The position numbers and the translations under genes were made by a program. From IMG/VR virus record IMGVR_UViG_3300032605_001371: a stretch of DNA of 64,000 nucleotides, one strand, 5' to 3'. The notes below the pieces were generated by a model. The model made no database searches and was not told the origin of the DNA. It was given only the letters and a program-made list of their open reading frames with translations. Below, piece by piece: positions 19,765 through 29,665 of this stretch. The DNA comes from an uncultured virus (IMG/VR IMGVR_UViG_3300032605_001371) (Duplodnaviria; Heunggongvirae; Uroviricota; Caudoviricetes). Position 1 is the stretch's first letter. The number at the start of each line of letters is the position of its first letter.

Positions 19765-21825
19765 ATGGCAAGCAAACAGTTTAACGCAATACAGGGATTC
19801 ACTGTAGGAGATGCTACTATAGTTAGCGTAATAGACGCTAACGCCAATGTTACGGCTAATGCGTTAACTGCTACAGGTAATGCTAACGTTGGTAATTTGG
19901 GCTTTGGTTCGAATGTTATAATTGGCACTGGTAACATCACTGCTGGTAATATCATAGGTATTATTGCAGCAGGTAGTAATACTATTACTACGACTGGCAA
20001 TATCACCGGTGGTAACTTGATTGGGCCACATGCTAACGGCAACTCAAACGTAAATATCCCAGCAGCTAACGGCAACGTCAACATATCTGCTGTCGGTAAT
20101 GCTAATATCTTAGTAGTAACCGGTACTGGTGTAAATGTTTCAGGCACATTGAATGCTACTGGCAACGCTAACGTAGGTAATATCGGCGCAGCAACTGGCG
20201 TATTTACTACAGTAAAGGGTGAGGGTGGCAATCTCAGTAATATTCAGGGTGCTAATGTCAGTGGAACAGTTTCAAGTGCTACAACCGCAGGTACGGTCAC
20301 TACAGCAGCACAGCCAAATATCACAAGTGTTGGTACTCTTACATCATTGAGTGTAACTGGCAACACTACAGTTGGTAACTTGATCGGTACGGTTGCTAAT
20401 GGTAACTCAAACATTAGTATCCCTGCTGCAAATGGTAACATCAACTTAACTGCTGCTGGTGTAGCAAACGTTCTTGTTGTAACAGGCACAGGTGTCAATG
20501 TCAGCGGTACACTAAACACAACTGGCAATGCTAACGTTGGTAACTTAGGTTTCGGTTCAGGTCAGATCACGGGTTCAGGTAACATCACTGGTGGTAACTT
20601 GGTATTGACTGGTAACTTAACAGTTGGCGGCACTGTAACCTATATCAACTCACAGACTCTTGCTGTTGTAGATCCAATCATTAATCTACAAACAGGTTCA
20701 AATGGTGCTCCGTTAGTAAGTAATACTGGCTATGATGTCGGTCTACAACTCAATTATTACACAAGTGCTCCGGTAGCTGCGTTTATGGGTTGGAAATCAG
20801 CTAATGCTGAATTTGTTTTTGCAAGTAACGTTACTCAAACTGCTAATGTTGAAACTATTACTACACTAGGTAACGTTCGTGTTGGCAACATCATTGGTAA
20901 TGGTCAGGCATTGACCGGTCTTGCAGGTGCTAATGTTACTGGACAAGTAGCTAATGCACTAGTAGCAGGAACTGTATATACTAACGCACAGCCAAACATT
21001 ACGTCTGTAGGTACACTAACGTCACTTGCTGTTACAGGCAATATTACAGGTGGAAACTTAATAGGACCTCATGCAAATGGCAATAGCAATGTCAATATTC
21101 CTGCTGCAAATGGCAATGTTAACATAACTGCTGCCGGGAATGTGACATTTGTAGTTACTGGAACTGGTGTTAACGTATCCGGTACATTAAATGCTACAGG
21201 TAATGCTAACGTTGGTAATTTGGGCTTTGGTTCGGGTGTTATAACTGGCACTGGTAACATCACTGCTGGTAATATCATAGGTATTATTGCAGCAGGTAGT
21301 AATACTATTACTACGACTGGCAATATCACCGGTGGTAACTTGATTGGGCCACATGCTAACGGCAACTCAAACGTCAATATTCCTGCTGCAAATGGCAATG
21401 TTAATATCTCATCGGCGGGTAACGCCAATATCTTAATTGTCACTGGCACTGGTGCAAATATCACAGGTACTTTAGGTGTCTCGGCCAACATAACAGCGAC
21501 ATCATATTATATTCATCCAGTTGCGACTGGTATCGCGGCGGCCGGCTCCGCTCAAGGAAATGCTACAGTTCTAACTAAAGAAATTAATGTGGTAAGTACA
21601 GTATCTTCCGGCGCAAATGGCGTGCAACTTCCTCTTAACCTTGCAGGTGGTATAATTTTCATTACTAACACTTCAGCGAACGCATTAAATGTTTACCCAT
21701 CATCATCTGGTGCAATAAACACATTGGCAGCCAACGTAGCATTTGTTCAGTCTGCAGGTTCAACAATACAGTACATTGCACCAACTACCACTCAGTGGTA
21801 TACAGTAGGCGCCACATACGCTTAA
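19765..21825 (+). CDS. Fibre-like structural protein (686 aa)
   Basis: Same repeat vocabulary as the upstream gene; AQPNITSVGTLTSL units. Confidence 0.72.
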   Translation: MASKQFNAIQGFTVGDATIVSVIDANANVTANALTATGNANVGNLGFGSNVIIGTGNITAGNIIGIIAAGSNTITTTGNITGGNLIGPHANGNSNVNIPAANGNVNISAVGNANILVVTGTGVNVSGTLNATGNANVGNIGAATGVFTTVKGEGGNLSNIQGANVSGTVSSATTAGTVTTAAQPNITSVGTLTSLSVTGNTTVGNLIGTVANGNSNISIPAANGNINLTAAGVANVLVVTGTGVNVSGTLNTTGNANVGNLGFGSGQITGSGNITGGNLVLTGNLTVGGTVTYINSQTLAVVDPIINLQTGSNGAPLVSNTGYDVGLQLNYYTSAPVAAFMGWKSANAEFVFASNVTQTANVETITTLGNVRVGNIIGNGQALTGLAGANVTGQVANALVAGTVYTNAQPNITSVGTLTSLAVTGNITGGNLIGPHANGNSNVNIPAANGNVNITAAGNVTFVVTGTGVNVSGTLNATGNANVGNLGFGSGVITGTGNITAGNIIGIIAAGSNTITTTGNITGGNLIGPHANGNSNVNIPAANGNVNISSAGNANILIVTGTGANITGTLGVSANITATSYYIHPVATGIAAAGSAQGNATVLTKEINVVSTVSSGANGVQLPLNLAGGIIFITNTSANALNVYPSSSGAINTLAANVAFVQSAGSTIQYIAPTTTQWYTVGATYA
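19869..21374 (+). repeat. 183-bp direct repeat (19869-20051 and 21192-21374) with 3 mismatches
   Basis: Aligned by eye; the offset of 1323 nt keeps the frame. Confidence 0.9.
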
Positions 21826-21841
21826 TTGAAGGGAAATTAAA

Positions 21842-22024
21842 ATGGCTAAAGCAAAAGGTTCAACTTCAGGTTCAACTTCAGGTTCAAGTAAAGGTACTAA
21901 GGTCATATTTAGTACACAAAAAGGTAAAAGCTCTATCGGCAAAAATCCTAGCTCAATCAAATTCAGCACTATGAATAAGAAGAAGCGTGCAAGCTATAAA
22001 GCATATCGTGGACAAGGTAGCTAA
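21842..22024 (+). CDS. Small Lys/Ser-rich basic protein
   Basis: 60 aa, strongly basic; 12-bp tandem repeat AGGTTCAACTTC. Confidence 0.55.
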   Translation: MAKAKGSTSGSTSGSSKGTKVIFSTQKGKSSIGKNPSSIKFSTMNKKKRASYKAYRGQGS

Positions 22025-22026
22025 GC

Positions 22027-22650
22027 ATGAGCGAAGTTACACTAGAGTTATTACAGAAAATTTGTCCAAATACAAAATCTACTGTTTTGGCTAAATTTTT
22101 TGACCCTCTAAATACGGTAGGTCATCATTTTGGATTGTTTGATAATCCAAAAAGAATGGCGGCCTTTTTGGCACAAGTAGCACATGAATCTGGTGGGTTC
22201 AACTCCATCAAAGAAGGATTGAGCTACTCAGCAATTTCTCTGAATGAAGTCTTTAAAAAGTATTTCCCTACGGTAGATTCCGCTAAACCATATGAACGTA
22301 ATGCACAAAAGATTGCAAGCAAAGTATATGCCAATCGTATGGGTAATGGAAACGAAGCATCCGGTGATGGATATAAATTCTGCGGACGGGGCCTAATTCA
22401 GTTAACCGGAAGACAGAATTATACTAAGTTTGCAGCATCAATTGGTAAAACACTTGACGAAACGGTCGCATACTTAGAAACACCAGAAGGTGCAACAGCA
22501 AGTGCGGGTTGGTTTTGGGACGTTAACAAGCTAAGTATATATGCAGACACAGAAGATTTTGTGGGCTTAACTAGACGAATAAATGGTGGAACCATCGGAT
22601 TAGAAGATAGAAAACATAACTATGAACTTGCTATTGCTGCATTGAGCTAA
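22027..22650 (+). CDS. GH19 chitinase-like endolysin
   Basis: AAFLAQVAHESGGF, GRGLIQLTGRQNY, TRRINGG motifs. Confidence 0.92.
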   Translation: MSEVTLELLQKICPNTKSTVLAKFFDPLNTVGHHFGLFDNPKRMAAFLAQVAHESGGFNSIKEGLSYSAISLNEVFKKYFPTVDSAKPYERNAQKIASKVYANRMGNGNEASGDGYKFCGRGLIQLTGRQNYTKFAASIGKTLDETVAYLETPEGATASAGWFWDVNKLSIYADTEDFVGLTRRINGGTIGLEDRKHNYELAIAALS

Positions 22651-22658
22651 GGATTAAA

Positions 22659-25202
22659 ATGGCACAGCCGATTTGGAATACTCCTGCAGGAGCATTAGGA
22701 ACATATTCTGCAAACAGCGCATTGGTTTATCAACTGTCAGCATCGGCGGTTTTACCTGCGATTTCGGTAACTTACACTATAATCAGCGGAAATCTTCCGC
22801 CGGGTCTGAACATGGATTTTGCTGGTCTAATTACTGGAATCCCGTCGATAGTAAACGGTAATGCTACCTCTACGTTCGTGGTACGTGCAACAGACAATCT
22901 TCAAAACATCAGAGACAGAACTTTTAATTTGGTAATTTCCGGAAATGTAGCTCCTAAATTCACTACTTCCTCAGGTGTTATTGCAACTATATTAGACAGT
23001 ACCTGGTTCTCATATCAAATAGAATATAGTAATCAAATAAGCACAAATCCAGTAGACATTCGAGTGGTTCAAGGTGGATTGCCCCCGGGAATAGAGATTA
23101 ATCCATATGGACTAATACAGGGATACGCGGCTCCCCCGATAATAAGTGTGAACTTAGTAGCAGTTACCACAACTGCTACTTCTACACATGCTAATGCTAT
23201 TGTATGTTTTAGTACCACTGGATTTACAGTAGGCAGACCAGTCGTATTTACTGGTACAGTTTTTGGTGGCGTTGATCCCTCTACAACATACTACATTCAA
23301 TCTATCGTTAACAGTAATTCATTCACAATTTCTACTACTGCAGGCGGCCCGGTATTTCTATTGGACGACGCTTCGGGATTCATGACAGTGACTTTACCAT
23401 CGATAACAGTTGGTGAACCAACTACACAAACATATTCGTTTACCTTGAAGTTAGATAGCCCAAATGGTAGTAGTGTTCAAAATTATTCAATCACAGTAAG
23501 TAATCAAAATGCGGCGTCTTCGTTTGGGCCGGCCAAACCACCTAATACCAGAATACCTACAATTTTTAATACTAGACCAGAAACATACAATTTGGCTAGT
23601 AATGAGCAAGAATTTGGATATTATGTACTGCCCCCGAATTCGGAAGGTCAAACATATGCACCTACTCAGCTAGCGTATATAGGTCAAGTATCTAACGATA
23701 ACTATTTTTCTTTTAAGATTTTGGGACATGATTTTGATGGTAATCCTCTAACGTATATATTTGCTGACTTGCCGATATGGTTATCAGGTGATACTGTTAC
23801 TGGTTGGCTTACTGGAATACCTATTATAGGTAATAATTCCATAAGCGAGTACAATTTTAGTGTGTCTGTTTCTAAAACAAATAATCCTGCAATTCAAACG
23901 CCGTCGTTTAACTTTTCTCTAACGGTTTCAAACGGCATATTAGGAAATGTCGTATGGATAACACCTTCTAATCTGGGTGAAATCTATAATGGTACTATTA
24001 GCACGAGTAAAGTAAAAGCTTTGTCTGATGTTCCGTTGAATTATAGATTGGCACCTGGTTCAAATGCATTACCACCTAATTTGTCCTTGTTCGACAACGG
24101 TGAAATTTCTGGAGTAGTTGCATTTCAACCGACTGATGTACTTCTAGATGTTGGAACAACTACAGATTTTACTTTTACTGTAGAAGCCTATTCATCATCC
24201 TTTCCTATGATATCTTCGACTCAGACATTTACTCTGTCTGTTTATCAAGAGTATTCTCAACCCACAGATACTATCTACATAAAATGTGTACCTAGTGTAT
24301 CGGATAGACAGTTATTAGCTAGTTTGCTTAACAATGATTCATTAATACCAAATAGCTATCTGTACAGACCAAATGATCCTTATTTCGGTAAGGCATCCAG
24401 TATTGTATATGAACATGCATATGGTATTTTCGCAAGCAACTTTGATGAATATGTAGCAGCAATCACAAAAAATCACTATTGGAGAAACATAACCTTAGGT
24501 GAAATAAAAACTGCGGTCGCAAAAGATGATAACGGAAATATCATTTATGAAGTAGTATATAGCGAAGTTATAGATAACTTGATAAATCCTCAAGGTATTA
24601 GCGTTTCAGAAGAACTGTATTGGCCTAGACCTATTCCATTGAATTTGGGACCATGGTATGATAGCGTCACGGACATTTTTACGAGCTACGAACAGGCTCC
24701 TGACGGTCAAGAGTTTTATACTAGTCTAACTCCCGGAGTTGCTCAAGTCGTATATCCTAACTCTCTACCAAATATGAGAAACAGAGTCGGGCAAGAACTA
24801 GGACAGACATTTAACTCTAAGATACTTCCCGCTTGGATGACTAGTCAACAATCAGATGGATCCACATTAGGATATACTCCTGCTTGGGTAATAGCATATT
24901 GTAGCCCAGGTACAGTAAATTTAAATGGTACCAACGTTAGCTATGCACAGTACATTCAATATCAAATTCAAAACAACTGGGTGAACGAGTTGGGATATGT
25001 AAACACACTTAATACTATTAACTTCAAGATAGACAGAATCACAGTAGATAAGAGTGTTACTTACGATTATGAAAACAATCTAAGTCCTCCCGCATGGACT
25101 GGTCTTCCAAGTGCTACTCCTACACCTAATCCACTGGATTCTAAAGACTTTAGTGTGTTGTTCCCGCAACAAACAATTTTACCGAACAAGACTCAATACT
25201 AA
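22659..25202 (+). CDS. Structural protein with putative Ig-like repeats
   Basis: Repeated (S)GNLPPGL..GLITG-type units. Confidence 0.6.
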   Translation: MAQPIWNTPAGALGTYSANSALVYQLSASAVLPAISVTYTIISGNLPPGLNMDFAGLITGIPSIVNGNATSTFVVRATDNLQNIRDRTFNLVISGNVAPKFTTSSGVIATILDSTWFSYQIEYSNQISTNPVDIRVVQGGLPPGIEINPYGLIQGYAAPPIISVNLVAVTTTATSTHANAIVCFSTTGFTVGRPVVFTGTVFGGVDPSTTYYIQSIVNSNSFTISTTAGGPVFLLDDASGFMTVTLPSITVGEPTTQTYSFTLKLDSPNGSSVQNYSITVSNQNAASSFGPAKPPNTRIPTIFNTRPETYNLASNEQEFGYYVLPPNSEGQTYAPTQLAYIGQVSNDNYFSFKILGHDFDGNPLTYIFADLPIWLSGDTVTGWLTGIPIIGNNSISEYNFSVSVSKTNNPAIQTPSFNFSLTVSNGILGNVVWITPSNLGEIYNGTISTSKVKALSDVPLNYRLAPGSNALPPNLSLFDNGEISGVVAFQPTDVLLDVGTTTDFTFTVEAYSSSFPMISSTQTFTLSVYQEYSQPTDTIYIKCVPSVSDRQLLASLLNNDSLIPNSYLYRPNDPYFGKASSIVYEHAYGIFASNFDEYVAAITKNHYWRNITLGEIKTAVAKDDNGNIIYEVVYSEVIDNLINPQGISVSEELYWPRPIPLNLGPWYDSVTDIFTSYEQAPDGQEFYTSLTPGVAQVVYPNSLPNMRNRVGQELGQTFNSKILPAWMTSQQSDGSTLGYTPAWVIAYCSPGTVNLNGTNVSYAQYIQYQIQNNWVNELGYVNTLNTINFKIDRITVDKSVTYDYENNLSPPAWTGLPSATPTPNPLDSKDFSVLFPQQTILPNKTQY

Positions 25203-25224
25203 ATACATTACGGAATAGAGAAAT

Positions 25225-26514
25225 ATGAGCCAAATAAACACAAACGGAATCAACACTAATTATCCTGTACCTGGACAAAACAATAGTTCACAGGGTTTCA
25301 GAGATAATTTTAGTCAAATAACGACACAGCTAGATACCGGTGCGTCTGAAATTACAGATTTGCAGTCTAAGGTTTTGTTAAAAGCTGCATTGAACAACTC
25401 CACGTTGAACAATGACATGGCCAATACTTTAATCAGCAATGCCTCTACTAGAGGATTTAGAGCTACCACTTATAATCTAGGCAATGCGTTGTCAGGAACT
25501 GTTCTTGTGGATGTAAACAGAGCAGATGTGCAAATTGGCGCTATAACAGGAAATGTAACACTTCAATTTGGTGGTTGGTCTCCGACTAACACCGAAAGCA
25601 ATGTCGTATTGAGACTGACTGTCGCAAATGCTAATGCAACTATTTCGCTTCCTAGTAGCTGTGTTTCTTCGAATAATGATTATGGTGTTACGTTATTAGA
25701 AAATTATGCAAACATAGCCAATGTTGCAACATTAACAGCACCCGCAAATACTTCTCTATTAGAATACACCTTTTCGACAATAGATTGTGGAAATACAGTT
25801 ATAGTTTCTCCAATCAATCGATCATACAAGTCAACCCAAATTGTTACTCGTGACCCTCCACCAACTGGTCTGCCAGGAGACACAGCCGGCGACGTTGCAA
25901 TGGGGTCATCTATTGGACAATTGACAATCACGTCATCAGCCGGAACAAGCGAATTATTTACTACTAGCGGAAATACTTCTCAACTATATCCAACTTTACC
26001 AATTGTGTTCACCGGTACTAGCTTTGAGGCAAACATTACTGCTGGTACAACCTATTATGTAAGAAACGTATATTCTAGCAATACGTTTACCGTATCAAGT
26101 ACATTAGGTGGAGCCAATGTAAATTTAGCAGGATGCTCTTCACCTACATTGTCAATGTACGCTAATCCGGCTACATATCTTTATCTGGCTACTGGAAATT
26201 TTAACTCGACCCCGCAGGCCAAACAAGTACAGAATACGTATGCAACTGGTAACCTAATTAATCTAGATGGTACTGCAAACTTAGTAGTTAATGCTCCAAT
26301 CGTATTTACGGGTAACGTGTTCGGTGGTATTGTAGCTAATACAGTTTACTACATTACATCAATTAGTTCTCCTAATATTTCAGTAAGCCAAACCCGTGTC
26401 AACGGTGTCGCCGGTGCAAATATTGCTCTTACTGATGCTAACGGCACTGCTGTAGCAACATGTTATACTGGTGGAAATGATATTTGGAAACGCATTTCGC
26501 TCACGCCGTGGTAA
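25225..26514 (+). CDS. Putative virion structural protein
   Basis: PVPGQNNSSQGFRDNF N-terminus; repeated PIVFTG..GTTYYV modules shared with neighbouring genes. Confidence 0.6.
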   Translation: MSQINTNGINTNYPVPGQNNSSQGFRDNFSQITTQLDTGASEITDLQSKVLLKAALNNSTLNNDMANTLISNASTRGFRATTYNLGNALSGTVLVDVNRADVQIGAITGNVTLQFGGWSPTNTESNVVLRLTVANANATISLPSSCVSSNNDYGVTLLENYANIANVATLTAPANTSLLEYTFSTIDCGNTVIVSPINRSYKSTQIVTRDPPPTGLPGDTAGDVAMGSSIGQLTITSSAGTSELFTTSGNTSQLYPTLPIVFTGTSFEANITAGTTYYVRNVYSSNTFTVSSTLGGANVNLAGCSSPTLSMYANPATYLYLATGNFNSTPQAKQVQNTYATGNLINLDGTANLVVNAPIVFTGNVFGGIVANTVYYITSISSPNISVSQTRVNGVAGANIALTDANGTAVATCYTGGNDIWKRISLTPW

Positions 26515-26518
26515 TCTG

Positions 26519-26767
26519 ATGTCTGAACATCCATTCATTGATCGAATTGTACTTGAAAGTAAATCTCTAGAAGAACTTCAAGAAACAGTATCTAGCCTAA
26601 CAAACAAGCTAACGTTCGCATATAGAACCATGAACGGTCCGCTGATTCAGCAATTGCAGATGGCACTGGAATCATACAAAGGCCAGCAACGAAAAAAGAT
26701 GGATGAGATTTTTGAAAAACAAAAGATCAACACCAAAATCAATATTCAATCTGATACCCAAAAGTAA
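26519..26767 (+). CDS. Hypothetical coiled-coil protein
   Basis: ORF starting MSEHPF directly after the upstream stop. Confidence 0.55.
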   Translation: MSEHPFIDRIVLESKSLEELQETVSSLTNKLTFAYRTMNGPLIQQLQMALESYKGQQRKKMDEIFEKQKINTKINIQSDTQK

Positions 26768-26796
26768 TTGACATTTAAGACATAATGTCGTATATA
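26768..26796 (+). promoter_or_regulatory. Sigma70-like promoter
   Basis: TTGACA-17nt-TATATA; ATG lies 7 nt downstream. Confidence 0.55.
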
Positions 26797-26802
26797 TGAA
26801 AT

Positions 26803-27312
26803 ATGATTACCGACAAATATGGTCAACAAATCTATTCTGAGCAGGACATCTGCGATTTATACATGACCAATCCAGATATGGTATTCAATAATGCTTTGGT
26901 TTCATCTGATATAAACTTTGATCCTAAGTTAAACCTAGATCAAGTTCCTAAACTCATTCATCATATAGTAGATGAGTCTAATACAGTAGAAAAATTTGAT
27001 GAAATATGCCAGCAAAATTGGCATTTGCCTGAGGCATATAAAAACTTTGACATCGCAAAGTTCGTGTTAGACCAATGCAAAAATGAAGCAGAACTTCAAC
27101 GAGCAGGAGAAGAATTGATTCTCTATCAAGAACGCGGCATGTTTATATTATTGCAGTATCTAAAATATCTAGTAGATACAATGCGCAGAAATAAAATAGT
27201 GTGGGGTGTGGGGAGAGGTTCAAGCGTAAGTAGTTTCGTTCTGTATCTTCTAGGAGTCCATCGGATTAATTCTTTACATTACGATTTGTCCATAGACGAA
27301 TTCTTAAAATAA
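26803..27312 (+). CDS. DNA polymerase III alpha (DnaE)-like fragment
   Basis: IVWGVGRGSSVSSFVLYLLGVHRIN resembles the DnaE GxGRGS motif; only 169 aa. Confidence 0.7.
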   Translation: MITDKYGQQIYSEQDICDLYMTNPDMVFNNALVSSDINFDPKLNLDQVPKLIHHIVDESNTVEKFDEICQQNWHLPEAYKNFDIAKFVLDQCKNEAELQRAGEELILYQERGMFILLQYLKYLVDTMRRNKIVWGVGRGSSVSSFVLYLLGVHRINSLHYDLSIDEFLK

Positions 27313-27354
27313 AGTCGTGTATATACGAGCATAAATACAAAAAAGGAGACTAAA

Positions 27355-27804
27355 ATGGCAACACATAGATCAGCAATGGGAAGATCAGTAGATATGTCCC
27401 AGATTGTGGCTAGAAATGAGCGTGTGCGTGCAGTCGGTAATATGAAGGTTAATGCGCGTGGTGATAGCATCGATTCTCAAGGTCGAATTATTTCCCCTAT
27501 GACACAAAAGGCAGGCCAACGTTATCAAAATACTGTAAACAACCGTACAGCAAATGAACTTAATCAAGGACTTCAACGTAGACCAAATCCACAACCAGTT
27601 GATAATGTTCCACCGGCGCCAGTAGCGGCTCCGGTACCTATTCCAGTTGACGAGCTATTAGCAAACGAACTTGAATTGGAAGACGACGCAGAGGCAGCAG
27701 AAATTGAATCTATTAAAGCAGCCGAAGCAAAGAAAAAAGTAGTAATCAAGCCTGCTAGTGAGGCTCCAGATTTTTTCAAACCAGAACCTAAGAAAACAAA
27801 ATAA
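27355..27804 (+). CDS. Hypothetical protein
   Basis: Late promoter and AAGGAG RBS. Confidence 0.65.
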   Translation: MATHRSAMGRSVDMSQIVARNERVRAVGNMKVNARGDSIDSQGRIISPMTQKAGQRYQNTVNNRTANELNQGLQRRPNPQPVDNVPPAPVAAPVPIPVDELLANELELEDDAEAAEIESIKAAEAKKKVVIKPASEAPDFFKPEPKKTK

Positions 27805-27810
27805 ATACAT

Positions 27811-28176
27811 ATGACAAAAGTTAACGCTACAATAACTAAATTAGAAAAACTCCGACCACTAAGAGATACTATTCTAGTATGTGACATGGAGTTTAAAGAA
27901 CGTCTAAGCCGTGGGGGAATTATTCTCATGGATGATGACATGAAAAGTTCAGGGATTCGACCCCGCTGGGCAAAAGTATATGCAGTGGGGCCTGAAGTAA
28001 AAGATGAAGATATTAAAGTAGGCAGTTATATTATGATAGCGCACGGTCGCTGGTCGCGCGGACAGACTATAGAAGACGCGGACGGCGAGAAAATTATCCG
28101 TAAAGTTGATTCAAATGATATTTTACTAGTTAGCGATGAGTACGTTAACGATTATACTATGAGTGATAAAATTTAA
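27811..28176 (+). CDS. groES: GroES-like co-chaperonin
   Basis: LRPLRDTILV, SRGGIIL mobile loop, VYAVGP, IKVG. Confidence 0.8.
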   Translation: MTKVNATITKLEKLRPLRDTILVCDMEFKERLSRGGIILMDDDMKSSGIRPRWAKVYAVGPEVKDEDIKVGSYIMIAHGRWSRGQTIEDADGEKIIRKVDSNDILLVSDEYVNDYTMSDKI

Positions 28177-28243
28177 AAACAAAAGGGGAGCGAGAAAAAT
28201 ACGGTGCAATTGGCCCCGTGCTCCCCGATTTTAAGGCAAATCA

Positions 28244-28444
28244 ATGAAAACTGAAAATAAAAAGAGTGCCCTTATGCAGGCTGCTCCGTATTTTGTTGCG
28301 GCAAGTTTAGCTGTTGCGGCATATACCTGGTATCTTTCTTCTAAAGGTGAAGAAGAACGGGAACCTATAGAAGATCCTCCCCTTGACTTTGATCAGGATC
28401 CTGCGATACAATCATTGTTGAGAGAAATGAGAGAATATTTATGA
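28244..28444 (+). CDS. Small single-TM hypothetical protein
   Basis: Hydrophobic YFVAASLAVAAYTWY segment; stop overlaps the next start. Confidence 0.5.
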   Translation: MKTENKKSALMQAAPYFVAASLAVAAYTWYLSSKGEEEREPIEDPPLDFDQDPAIQSLLREMREYL

Positions 28445-29367
28445 AAAATGCCCTTTGGGTTGAGAGATACCGCCCGACATCAATCACTGACTATGTATTC
28501 GTAGATCAGCGACAAAAGGATCAGGTAGAAGCTTGGATTAAGGAAGGGACTATTCCACATCTACTTTTGTCAGGTGATCCGGGTACAGGTAAGACTACCC
28601 TAGCTAAGGTTCTGATCAGTGAACTTGGTGTACAACCATATGACGTGATGGAAATCAACGCTTCTCGTCAAAACGGCATCGATATCGTAAAAGACAAGAT
28701 TAACGGTTTTGCGCAGACTATGCCTTTTGGTAAGTTTAAAGTCATTCTACTTGACGAAGCAGACTATACGACTCCTAACTTTCAGGCTGCATTGCGTAGC
28801 GATATGGAAACTTATGCAGACACCGTTAGATTCATTCTGACTTGTAACTATGAATCTAAGATTATCCCTGCTCTAAGAGAAAGCCGCTGTTATAAATTTC
28901 ATATCGCCAAACCTGATCACGTAGAGTTTACCGCAAGAGCAGCAACAGTATTGGTATCCGAAGGTATAGATTTTGATCTAGACACTCTAGACACATATGT
29001 TCGTGCATCCTATCCTGATTTGCGTAAGTGCTTGAATCAATTACAGAATAACTCTAAAACAGGAAAACTTGTTCCTCCTAATACTGAGGGAAATAGCGAG
29101 GACGAAATATTGCTCGCTGCTACCGAACTTTTTAAAGATGGCAAGATTCTTGAGGGGCGCCAACAACTAATGCAGTACATCAGCCTCTACCCGACTAGGA
29201 TTGAAGACACCTATCGATGGATGTATATGAACTTAGATTTGTGGGGAAAGACACAAGAACGTAAGGATGCCAGTATCGTCATCATTCGTAACGGACTCGC
29301 TAATCTTCCGCTTGTTGGTATTCCCGAAATTTCATTGGCAGCTACAATTATAGAGTTAACATCATGA
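28441..29367 (+). CDS. Clamp loader ATPase subunit (T4 gp44/RFC-like)
   Basis: LWVERYRP, GDPGTGKTT Walker A, LLDEAD Walker B, SRC motif. Confidence 0.93.
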   Translation: MKNALWVERYRPTSITDYVFVDQRQKDQVEAWIKEGTIPHLLLSGDPGTGKTTLAKVLISELGVQPYDVMEINASRQNGIDIVKDKINGFAQTMPFGKFKVILLDEADYTTPNFQAALRSDMETYADTVRFILTCNYESKIIPALRESRCYKFHIAKPDHVEFTARAATVLVSEGIDFDLDTLDTYVRASYPDLRKCLNQLQNNSKTGKLVPPNTEGNSEDEILLAATELFKDGKILEGRQQLMQYISLYPTRIEDTYRWMYMNLDLWGKTQERKDASIVIIRNGLANLPLVGIPEISLAATIIELTS

Positions 29368-29639
29368 GATATCTTCTCCTCACCTTTTCCCGTAAGGCCA
29401 ATGGTCAAATTGACGAAATGGTAACCACTAGTAAGCGAGTTAGAACTTCTGACCTAACCAACTCCAATGTCATTCTAGACTTTGCTGAAAAGAAAGTTGA
29501 CAAGTGCGTAATTGAGGGGAAGAAGCACGACACTACATTCGAGCAAATGCGCAATTACTATCAAAAGATATATCCTCAGTTGATTGACCAGTTAGAGCGA
29601 GAAGCTCCTATTACTGCCAAAGAAAAGAAGAAGAAATAG
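29364..29639 (+). CDS. Hypothetical protein
   Basis: ATGA overlap with the clamp loader gene. Confidence 0.6.
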   Translation: MRYLLLTFSRKANGQIDEMVTTSKRVRTSDLTNSNVILDFAEKKVDKCVIEGKKHDTTFEQMRNYYQKIYPQLIDQLEREAPITAKEKKKK

Positions 29640-29663
29640 TAAACGGGGCACTGCCCCGTTTAC
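29639..29663. terminator. Hairpin between convergent genes, probably a bidirectional terminator
   Basis: GTAAACGGGGC-ACT-GCCCCGTTTAC perfect inverted repeat. Confidence 0.75.
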
Positions 29664-29665
29664 CT

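Noticed and set aside
19869..21374. Diversity-generating retroelement template/variable repeat pair
   Set aside because: Both copies are in frame inside one gene, there are only three differences (one not at an adenine) and no reverse transcriptase is in the window.
15396..21491. Many minus-strand ORFs over the fibre genes, and similar shadow ORFs elsewhere
   Set aside because: They are antisense shadows of biased, repetitive coding sequence with no RBS or motifs.
28184..28227. GGGGAGC...GCTCCCC stem as a tRNA or ncRNA
   Set aside because: Too short for a cloverleaf and no T-loop motif; probably a terminator or processing hairpin.
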